Assembly (NCBI GenBank): GCA_002269645.1
Contig: NIVC01004003.1
Location: 1 to 64,000 of the forward strand
Direction: 5' to 3'
Origin: Macrostomum lignano
Lineage: Eukaryota
Length of the DNA: 64,000 nucleotides
Shown here one piece after another: positions 27,296-38,000 of the stretch; position 1 is the stretch's first letter; each line of letters begins with the position of its first letter. The notes under the pieces were generated by a model. That model made no database searches and was not told where the DNA came from. It saw only the letters and a list, made by a program, of their open reading frames with translations. A program made the position numbers and the translations under genes.

Positions 27296-27435
27296 GATGG
27301 GCGATTCTCAGGAGTGTGAAGGGCGATTCTCAAGGGTGTGAAGGGCGATTTTCAGGGAGGGGTGTGATGGGCGATTCTCAGGGAGGGGTGTGATGGGCGA
27401 TTCTCAGGGAGGTGTGTGATGGGCTATTCTCAGAG
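27296..27435. repeat. Short ~25-bp tandem repeat
   Basis: Unit gggcgattctcagggag(g)gtgtga(t/a), about 5-6 copies. Confidence 0.85.
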
Positions 27436-27603
27436 GGGGGTGGCCTCAAGGAGTGTTAAAAGGCAGCTAATTAAATCTAATATACTAACAATTGGATCTA
27501 AAGAACCCGTTGCCAACGCGAAACAAGCACCAGACATTAAAAGTGATACAAGATGACAAAATAAGAAGTCACACACAGTCAGCCAGCATCCAAATCTACT
27601 TCA

Positions 27604-28122
27604 TCAGACCTCTTTAACCTGTTGCACCTCGGGATTTCTGTGACTGCCATCGCAATAAGGTGGCGATTTAGTCCGCTTGCACTGGCACAGCCACACGGCC
27701 TTGTCCGCATCTAAGCAGAGTTTAACTGGGCGGTAATTCGGATAGTGGACAGTGTAGTGACCGGCGTCAATCAGCTTATTAACCCGCTTGTGATGCCCGT
27801 CGCAGAGCGGCTGCGTGTGCGACAGACCGCAGCTGCACCACCAGTAGGTTTTGCCAGCCTTGGCTTCGAACCGGAACGGCTTGGTCTTCTGGATGGCCGG
27901 CGGCCTGCTGGGAGACAGGGACTTGTAGCGGGGAGTCTCCGGGTGCGGGTTTGGCAATCGGTCTCCGGTGTTGACGTCGAATCGCTGGTGAAATGGCAGG
28001 TGCAGCGAGCCGGGCATGAGGTAGCGGCCGTGACGGACAGGCTGGCTGAACAGGCTGTGGCCAGTTCTGCCGCAGCAGATTGTAAATGCTTTCTGCATCT
28101 GGGCTGCAATCGGTTTGAGCAT
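27604..28122 (-). CDS. CISD3: CDGSH iron-sulfur domain protein 3 (MiNT-like), intronless
   Basis: Two CDGSH motifs: KTYWWCSCGLSHTQPLCDGHHK and AVWLCQCKRTKSPPYCDGSH. The N-terminus is basic and could be a mitochondrial presequence. Confidence 0.92.
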   Translation of the reverse strand: MLKPIAAQMQKAFTICCGRTGHSLFSQPVRHGRYLMPGSLHLPFHQRFDVNTGDRLPNPHPETPRYKSLSPSRPPAIQKTKPFRFEAKAGKTYWWCSCGLSHTQPLCDGHHKRVNKLIDAGHYTVHYPNYRPVKLCLDADKAVWLCQCKRTKSPPYCDGSHRNPEVQQVKEV

Positions 28123-28489
28123 TTTTCATTAACTCAAGATAGGGACCCTGAAACTCCTAAAATCCTAAAAATATCAATTCAAGATTAGTCGCTATTTGTC
28201 AACAAGATTGTTAGGATTCTTGAACGCTAACGAGTGCGTCATTGGCAAAAGCACGAGTGCGCGAAGCGCACGAGTGCTCTTTGCCATAGACGCACGAGTT
28301 GGCGTGCATGAATCTCATTCTTATTTGATTCTTCCATTTTAAATTCTGCCCAAAAAAGGAGGTTATAATTGATATTACTATAGACATTACCCGCTGCTAG
28401 CGGGGTGCGGGGGCAGAGCCCCCGCTGGGGGCGTGGGGGCGAAGCCCCCACATTTTAACCATAGACAAAATCAATCTTGCACGCTGGAG

Positions 28490-29459
28490 ATGAAGAGGGG
28501 AGGGGGTAACGAAAGGAGATTACAATTGAAAGCTAGTTGCCACTATAAAAACATTTGCAACGCTTTCCTTCGATCTGGAGGAAGAGTGAAGCACTACGAT
28601 GCTATTGAGAGTGACGACCTGAAGAAGCTCGGTAAATACTTCGATCGGTCGAATCCGGTGCGTCTTCAAGAGGAAGTATACTTTAACGTCATTTATTACT
28701 ATGGGAATAGAGGCCGTGAATGGTTGCGTGGTTTGAGGTTTGATCGGTTTTGTGAGAAGCGGCTCGCCAATGGACTCTACGCGATTGAGCTTGTTCAGGG
28801 AGATTCAAAGAATCAACATGGTTCTACCAGCGTCGCCGTCATGGTTGACAACAAGCAAGCGTTGATGGTGTCAAAGGGAGATTCTGCCAAATGCCCAGTT
28901 GAGGCGTTCAGACTGTACAAGCAAAAGGTCACCGAAGTTGAAGGATGGAACGGAGTGGACTTCTTTCTGCGACCAAACGCTAACTTTCGTTCATCTGGTA
29001 AGTGGTACGAGCTCGTACAGCAAGAGTGCAGTAGGAGTCAACACCCTTGGGCCTCTGATGAAGAAAATTTCTACGTCCGCCGGATTGTCCAAGCCATACA
29101 CTGCGCATTGTGTGCGTGCAACTGTAATCACAGAACTTCACGACGCTGGATTTAATGTCGAAACTATCGCTAAAGTGACTGGCCACAAGCGAGGTGCATC
29201 CGTCGAGCGCTACATTCGACGAGGGAATAAACGAGAGCAAGCGATCTGTGCTATGAGCCATCAACTAACGGCTGCCGTGGAGGTGGCTACTACGGCCGAC
29301 CCTCAAGTTGTAGGCACTGAGGCAAGTGACCTAGTTGACGTTATCAACGATCCTACGTCGGGCTCGGTGCGCTGTGTGCGAGTTATTCCGGAAAATCGGA
29401 AGAATTTGAAGATTCGAGCCAATGGTGACACCAACGTCATTGAATTTGTATTTGAGTAG
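28490..29459 (+). pseudogene. Crypton-type (DUF3504-like) tyrosine recombinase YR1, 5'-truncated, one frameshift
   Basis: LQEEVYFNVIYYYGNRGREWLR, SKNQHG, CPVEAFRLY, VGVNTLGPLMKKIS, YTAHCVRAT, VTGHK, VERY give the R-K-HxxR-H-Y catalytic set. A 10-bp insertion near 29009 shifts the frame. The N-terminal domain present in YR2 is missing. Confidence 0.88.
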
Positions 29460-29869
29460 CATCTGATCGCAAGCGAAAAAATAGTAATGATATTAACCAA
29501 TTTTCACTCGTTGTTTTCTTGTTGTCTAAAAATAAAGTGCAATCCTGCACGTAAGATGCATTAGACCTAAAGGATATTTTGCCATAGACAACATCAATTC
29601 TGCACGCTTGGGCGTGCCAGATCAGCAATCCTGCACGCAGAATCAAATAAGAATGCGATTGTAACTCATAATGCGTCTGAAAATACAAGGGGATAAAAAG
29701 TGAGAAGCAGACAGAAGGTGCCGTGGAACAAAGAAAGCTGAGAGTAGGGCTGTAATGGAAAGAGAGAAAAAACAAGAAAAGGGAACAGAGGATAGCTAGG
29801 AGAGGGTTGGGGATAAGCGGTAGAGGTTAAGATTAAGGAAAAAAGGAGGAAAGGGGAGAGGAGATGAAG

Positions 29870-31015
29870 GTAGAGGGGGTGAGATGAGGGTAGAGTGGGG
29901 AGGAGGGTGAGATGAGGGTAGAGTGGGTAGGAGGGTGAGATGAGGGTAGAGTGGGGAGGAGGGTGAGATGAGGGTAGAGTGGGTAGGAGGGTGAGATGAG
30001 GGTAGAGTGGCTAGGAGGGTGAGATGAGGGTGGAGTGGGTAGGAGGGTGAGATGAGGGTGGAGTGGGGAGTAGGGTGAGATGAGGTTGGAGTGGCTAGGA
30101 GGGTGAGATGAGGGTGGAGTGGGTAGGAGGGTGAGATGAGGGTGGAGTGGGAGTAGGGTGAGATGAGGTTGGAGTGGCTAGGAGGGTGAGATGAGGGTGG
30201 AGTGGGTAGGAGGGTGAGATGAGGGTGGAGTGGGTAGGAGGGTGAGATGAGGGTGGAGTGGGTAGGAGGGTGAGATGAGGGTGGAGTGGGTAGGAGGGTG
30301 AGATGAGGGTGGAGTGGGTAGGAGGGTGAGATGAGGGTGGAGTGGGTAGGAGGGTGAGATGAGGGTGGAGTGGGTAGGAGGGTGAGATGAGGGTGGAGTG
30401 GGGAGTAGGGTGAGATGAGGTTGGAGTGGCTAGGAGGGTGAGATGAGGGTGGAGTGGGTAGGAGGGTGAGATGAGGGTGGAGTGGGGAGTAGGGTGAGAT
30501 GAGGTTGGAGTGGCTAGGAGGGTGAGATGAGGGTGGAGTGGGTAGGAGGGTGAGATGAGGGTGGAGTGGGAGTAGGGTGAGATGAGGTTGGAGTGGCTAG
30601 GAGGGTGAGATGAGGGTGGAGTGGGTAGGAGGGTGAGATGAGGGTGGAGTGGGGAGTAGGGTGAGATGAGGTTGGAGTGGCTAGGAGGGTGAGATGAGGG
30701 TGGAGTGGGTAGGAGGGTGAGATGAGGGTGGAGTGGGGAGTAGGGTGAGATGAGGTTGGAGTGGGTAGGAGGGTGAGATGAGGGTGGAGTGGGAGTAGGG
30801 TGAGATGAGGGTGGAGTGGGTAGGAGGGTGAGATGAGGGTGGAGTGGGTAGGAGGGTGAGATGAGGGTGGAGTGGGTAGGAGGGTGAGATGAGGGTGGAG
30901 TGGGTAGGAGGCTGAGATGAGGGTGGAGTGGGTAGGAGGGTGAGATGAGGGTGGAGTGGGTAGGAGGCTGAGATGAGGGTGGAGTGGGTAGGAGGGTGAG
31001 ATGAGGGTAGAGTGG
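29870..31015. repeat. 28-bp purine-rich minisatellite
   Basis: Unit gggtgagatgagggtggagtgggtagga. Confidence 0.97.
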
Positions 31016-31654
31016 AGAAGCTGTGAGAGGAAGGGAGCAGAAAAAGTGCAGGACAGAGAAGATGAAAGTAGTTCAGAAAAAGGAAAAAACAGAAATTTTG
31101 ATAAAAAAAGAAGCCAAGCAATTTACGCAACTATTGCGTTAAGATTCTCCACACGGGCCTGAAAGTTTTACGAGTTTTTGTTCTGTCAAAAAGGAACGGC
31201 TCTCGCGCTCATTAATTTCTACAAAAGAATTTGACCGACATAAAAGTACAATCGAAGCAGCCCAAGACACAAACTGAGGCAATCCCAGCTAAGAAAGCAG
31301 CAATCCGAAATATCGAACCCAGCGCACGCTCCGTTAAAAAGTCAATTTGGGCGCAGCGAAGCAACTGGGCTGCAGCGGGCTCTGCTAGCGAAATTTGCAC
31401 AGTTAATTACAAAACCAAAGGCCTTATAAGATGAAGACTGCGGACTGCCCGAGTGGCGCAAGATAGTGAAAGTAATTACAGTGATAATCTTGGCAGCAAA
31501 CTTATACAATATATGCATTATTGTTGATAGATTTCGCTTCCTAAGCCCAAGCCTCTCCACATACCGAAAACTCGCACAAGCTGACACAAAATCTAAAGTA
31601 AATCCCATTTTAGTTCAGGGTTCAACTAATCCCCTAAATGTGCAACTGATCATA

Positions 31655-32372
31655 GCCTAGATTATGCAACTGTTCATAGCCTAGATTATGCAACTGTTCA
31701 TAGCCTAGATTATGTAGCTGTTCATAGCCTAGATTATGCAACTATTCACAGCCTAGATTATGCAACTATTCACAGCCTAGATTATGCAACTGATCATAGC
31801 CTAGATTATGCAACTGTTCACAGCCTAGATTATGCAACTATTCACAGCCTAGATTATGCAACTATTCACAGCCTAGATTATGCAACTGATCATAGCCTAG
31901 ATTATGCAACTGTTCACAGCCTAGATTATGCAACTGATCATAGCCTAGATTATGCAACTATTCACAGCCTAGATTATGCAACTGATCATAGCCTAGATTA
32001 TGCAACTATTCACAGCCTAGATTATGCAACTGATCATAGCCTAGATTATGCAACTGTTCACAGCCTAGATTATGCAACTGTTCATAGCCTAGATTATGCA
32101 ACTGTTCACAGCCTAGATTATGCAACTGATCATAGCCTAGATTATGCAACTGTTCACAGCCTAGATTATGCAACTGTTCACAGCCTAGATTATGCAACTG
32201 ATCATAGCCTAGATTATGCAACTGATCTTAGCCTAGATTATGCAACTGATCATAGCCTAGATTATGCAACTGTTCACAGCCTAGATTATGCAACTGTTCA
32301 TAGCCTAGATTATGCAACTGTTCACAGCCTAGATTATGCAACTGTTCACAGCCTAGATTATGTAGCTGTTCA
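31655..32372. repeat. 24-bp minisatellite
   Basis: Unit ca(c/t)agcctagattatgcaactg(t/a)t(t/c). Confidence 0.97.
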
Positions 32373-32755
32373 TAGTACATAGTACATATAGTACAAAGTA
32401 CATAGTCATATATCCTAAGTGTAAAATATAGAGGCATTAGCGAATACGAAATTGAGACAGTAAATCTTGAATTGAAACCGCCTGGATATGTAGTAAACAA
32501 GTCAACTAAGGTTAAAGTACATCCTATTGGCAATCAGTATGGAACAGGAATTCAATAGAGAGAACTCAACTTTAATTGATATTTGGTAGATTTTTTGCGG
32601 CCAAGTCCCGAACTGCAATTTAAAAAAAAAGCATCACACAGCAGCCCATTGACAGTGGGAAACAGCAAATCTAAAGCAAAAAATGAATCCACCTTTGATG
32701 GAAACGGGGTTTCAGAGAAATTGCTAATTACACTAATCCGTTAGCAAGCAAAATC

Positions 32756-33678
32756 AGCCGACTCAGGATCATAAATGACACGACTCAGGATCACAAATGA
32801 CTCGACTCAGGATCACAAATGACTCGACTCAGGATCACAAATGACTCGAATCAGGATCACAAATGACACGACTTAGGATCACAAATGACACAACTCAGGA
32901 TCACAAATGACTCGAATCAGGATCACAAATGACTCGACTCAGGATCACAAATGACTCGACTCAGGATCACAAATGACTCGACTCAAGATCACAAATGACT
33001 CGACTCAGGATCGCAAATGACTTGACTTAGGATCACAAATGACTGGACTCAAGATCACGAATGAAACGACTCAGGATCACAAATGACACGACTTAGGATC
33101 ACAAATGACACGACTTAGGATCACAAATGACTGGACTCAAGATCACGAATGAAACGACTCAGGATCACAAATGACACGACTTAGGATCACAAATGACACG
33201 ACTTAGGATCACAAATGACACGACTTAGGATCACAAATGACACGACTTAGGATCACAAATGACACGACTCAGGATCACAAATGACACGACTCAGGATCAC
33301 AAATGACACGACTCAGGATCACAAATGACTCGAATCAGGATCACAAATGACACAACTCAGGATCACAAATGACACGACTTAGGATCACAAATGACACGAC
33401 TTAGGATCACAAATGACACGACTCAGGATCACAAATGACTCGAATCAGGATCACAAATGACACAACTCAGGATCACAAATGACACGACTTAGGATCACAA
33501 ATGACACGACTCAGGATCACAAATGACTCGAATCAGGATCACAAATGACACAACTCAGGATCACAAATGACTCGACTCAGAATCACAAATGACTCGACTT
33601 AGGATCACAAATGACTCGACTCAGGATCGCAAATGACTTGACTTAGGATCACAAATGACTCGACTCAGGATCGCAAAC
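32756..33678. repeat. 22-bp minisatellite
   Basis: Unit actcaggatcacaaatgac(a/t)cg. Confidence 0.97.
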
Positions 33679-34599
33679 GATCCAAAGTACAAGAGCACAA
33701 GATGCCTTTAATTTCAGTCTTAGGAACGCGTGTTAGACTGAGATAGCAGTTGTTATCATAATATTAGCCCCAGAGCTACTAGACAGCAGCAAAGCTATAT
33801 TGCACTGAGTATCTCCTGTAATAAATAATGTCAGAAAAATAATCTACAGAGCAGGACAGACATCTCTACAATCCGCTTTCCCGTCTACCGTTGCAGAATT
33901 TCAGTTCAGGGAGATTCAGGGTATTTTTGAGCAGCAAAAATGCAAATCAGGAAGCAGAGAAAGAGGCAACAGCCCATCTATCTAGCTCATCTGCGGCGGG
34001 ATAGCTGCGCTGGCGTTGCTATGGGCTCGCCGGGAATTAAAAAGAACTCAAACATCTAACCACAGAATTGAAGTCAGCCTCCGCTTCATCTGTAGCTCCC
34101 TAATTAAGAATAGGGATTTAAGTTTTCATTCTTAGGTAGGCGATCAAAGCAGAGGAAGACAACATGCTGTGCTAATTAGGATATAAGAACTAAAGGTAAA
34201 GTAGAATGAAATGACAGCTTAGACCAAGACAAAGTTCCACCCCAGCCGCCATCCGTTCGCGTCAATAAACTTGTTTACAAGTCAACAACAATTTATTTCT
34301 CAGAAAACAAGTGCATCAAAACTTGTCAGACGTACCGTTTGCCAGTTTTAGATAGAACATCAGAGGCCACAGTTCAATAGATTTCTAATTTAATGTTTTA
34401 AACAACAGAGAACAAACGTGGCTTATTATACTACTTATAAGCGGCAGTAAAAGCATTTTTCCTAATAAGAAAACAAGCTAATATTTGAATAAGCTGTTAT
34501 CAGTTACTTCAAGTGCCCGTTGTCACGAGTCACAGATCTGAAAAACTTCACTGATTAATGCTAGCTTCTTTTTATTAATAATACGACGTACTGCTAATG

Positions 34600-34990
34600 C
34601 GGATTTTTTGACCGGCCTCTCAAAGCCACCACCCAAAATTTCCTAACCCACTTGACCGCTCGCCCTGCAGATTTTTTGACCGGCCTCTCAAAGCCACCAC
34701 CCAAAATTTCCTACCCCACTTGACCGCTCGCCCTGCAGATTTTATGACCGGCCTCACAAAACCACCACCCAAAATTTCCTACCCCACTTGACCGCTCGCC
34801 CTGCAGATTTTATGACCGGCCTCACAAAACCACCATCCTAATTTTCCTACCCTACTTTACCGCTCACCCTGCAGATTTTATGACCGGCCTCTCAAAGCCA
34901 CCACCCCAAATTTCCTACCCCACTTGACCGCTCGCCCTGCAGATTTTATGACCGGCCTCTCAAACGCCACCACCCCAAATTTCCTACGCC
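34600..34990. repeat. ~68-bp tandem repeat, about 6 copies, just 3' of FARSA
   Basis: Unit gattttatgaccggcctctcaaagccaccacccaaaatttcctaccccacttgaccgctcgccctgca. Confidence 0.92.
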
Positions 34991-35071
34991 ACTATACCAC
35001 GGCCATTCCTCAAGATTGCAGAGTCAAGACGGCGCAAACTAGATGGTTTAAACGAATCAACAACAAATCAG

Positions 35072-38000
35072 TTATTTATCCAGCCGACAGATCGGTCCCA
35101 CACTGACCATCTTCAAATCGACCTTCGGCCCGATCAGATCTCTGATGTTATTAATACCGTACTTGATCATAGTTGGCCGCTCCAACGACAGGCCCCAGGC
35201 GATGACGGACACAGACTCCGGCAGGCCCATGGGCAATAGCATCTCGGGCCTGAACACGCCGGAATTGCCAATTTCAACCCACTTGCCCAGACCCTCGTGA
35301 TAAGAGAAAATCTCCATGCTAGGCTCAGTGTAGGGATTATAAGCCGGCTTGAATCGCAGGCGCCGAATCCCCAGCTTGTGAAAGAATTCACGAATAATGC
35401 CCATGAGATGGCACAGATTCAAATTGTAATCCGCTACTAGGCCCTCAATTTGATGGAACTCGGCCAGGTGCGTAGCGTCCAGTGACTCGTTGCGGAACAC
35501 CCGATCGATGCTGAAGTACTTGGTCGGCTGGAACTGGGGCTGCTGGGCCAGCTGGTACAGCATCCGGGCGCTCACTGCGGTGGTGTGCGTGCGGAGTATG
35601 TTCTTCTGGGCCTCCTGGAGTTGGAAAATAGAAAATTATATAAGATGAAGAAAGTTGAACTTATAACATGCCACTTACAACATATTTTACACCTTAGGAG
35701 TACTCATGAGTATTCAAGTTAAAGTGACTTGTGGAATCAGAGAGTCGGGGAAAGGAGTTTTGGAGACCAACTAGTGGGATCGTGGATTACAAATTAATAA
35801 GATACTGGAGATCACAGATAGGGGATTATAAATAAGGGAATCATAGATAGGGGACAATAGCTCGTAAATTGGGGTCATAACTGAGGATCATAAATTGGTG
35901 ATCATAGGTTGAGGAATCATAAATTGGGGATCACAGGTTGAGGATCATAAATTTGGGATCACAGGTTGAGGATCATAAATCGGGGATCACAGGTTGAGGA
36001 TCATAAATCGGGGATCACAGGTTGAGGATCAAAAATTGGGGATCACAGGTTGAGGATCATAAATTGGTAAATTGGGGATCCCAGGTTGAAAATCAGGGAA
36101 TTGCGAGCCTCCTAACACCCCCTCACTCACCGACTCTTTCCAATCGTAGTTGTAGCCAATCGAGCCGTAGCCGCCGTTGCTATGCACAGCCTTGACCCTG
36201 GCCAGGTAGCCGTCGGCCTGCTCAGCATCCAGCCGACAGGCGGCCGGCTCAGTTAGGAAGAAGGTGTCGTGAGCGTCCCTAGCCGGATGCTGCTGTGGCT
36301 GGAACAACGCGTCGAAATTCCAGAAGCTACTCTCAACGTACCGATTGGTGGGCATCTCCTGGAAGCCCATCTCCAAGAAGATCTGTCGGAATTCGGCGCG
36401 AACCTTCAGCAGAGGATGCAGATGACCGCAGTCGGGTTGCTGTCCCAGAGCTTTGAAATTGTACGCTTTGAATGTCAGCGTTTGCCAGACGCCGGTGGCC
36501 AGCATCTCGGCGGTGAGTTCGGTTTCCTCCTTGGCCAGGGTTAGGGTGAAGGCTGGGCCTCTGTGTGGCGGATTTGGTGAGGCGGTAGTGTTGCTCAGAG
36601 TTGGTCGGCTTATAATTTTCGATCTTCAATTCCTTTTCAGTTAGCCTTAACTTTCAGACCGTAAAGGAGTCCAAAAGTCTACAGTACAGGCTAGACTACA
36701 TCACACTACAGGCTAGACTACAGCAGGCTACAGGCTAGACTACATCACACTACAGGCTAGACTACATCACACTACAGGCTAGACTACATCACACTACAGG
36801 CTAGACTACATCGCACTACAGGCTAGACTACAGCAGGCTACAGGCTAGACTACATCACACTACAGGCTAGACTACAGCAGGCTACAGGCTAGACTAAAGC
36901 AGGCTACAGGCTAGACTACATCACACTACAGGCTAGACTACATCACACTACAGGCTAGACTACAGCAGGCTACAGGCTAGACTACAGGCTGGACTACAGC
37001 AGGCTACAGGCTAGACTACAGCAAAATACAGCCCTGACTACAGCAAACTACAGCCTAGACTAAAGAAAAATACAGCCTAAACTACAGCAAACTACAGCCT
37101 AGACTAAAGCAAAATACAGCCTAGACTACAGCAAACTACAGACTAGGCTACAGCACAATACAGACTAGACTACAGTCTACAGGCTAACTAAACCAAACAG
37201 TTCCATAGCAACCCGAACAGCAACAGTACTCAGCTCACTTAGCAACCCTATAGACTGTAACCCGGCCCTCCTGCACCAGTTTGCGCTTCTTGAGCTCGGC
37301 TCGCTCCTCGGCTGTCAAGCTGTCAAGGCTAAGAGCGGCAACCATCTGTAGGCAGTGACGGATTCGGTCGGACACGGACTCAACTTGGCGATAAACTCGC
37401 GGTCCACCCGGAGCAGATTTGTCTAGGCGGATCCATCTGTTAGCCAGGGCCTGGCAAAGCCCAGGGGAGAATGTTTCAAACTTGTAGGGTTCAGAATAAT
37501 ACTTAAAATTACTATATAGAGAACTACACCTCGGATACAAAGTCATGGCCAGCATCCTCTGTCTAAAAGAGAGCTATTTAAAACCCAAAATAGTACTAAG
37601 TTCTATTTATAAGTAGTCTGTACGAGTATAAATGATGTAGATATATTCAAGTCAGGGCTCGGCAAAATCCGGCTTGAGGGCCAAAAGGTTTGTCTCTTCT
37701 CAGCTTTCTCCTCTCCTCTCTCCTTACCTTTCTCCTCTCCTCTCTCCTTACCTTTCTCCCCTCCTCTCTCCTTACCTTTCTCCTCTCTCCTTACCTTTCT
37801 CCTCTCCTCTCTCCTTACCTTTCTCCTCTCTCCTTACCTTTCTCCCCTCCTCTCTCCTTACCTTTCTCCTCTCTCCTTACCTTTCTTCTCTCTCCTTACC
37901 TTTCTCCCCTCCTCTCTCCTTACCTTACTCCTCTCTCCTTACCTTTCTCCCCTCCTCTCTCCTTACCTTTCTCCTCTCTCCTTACCTTTCTTCTCTCTCC

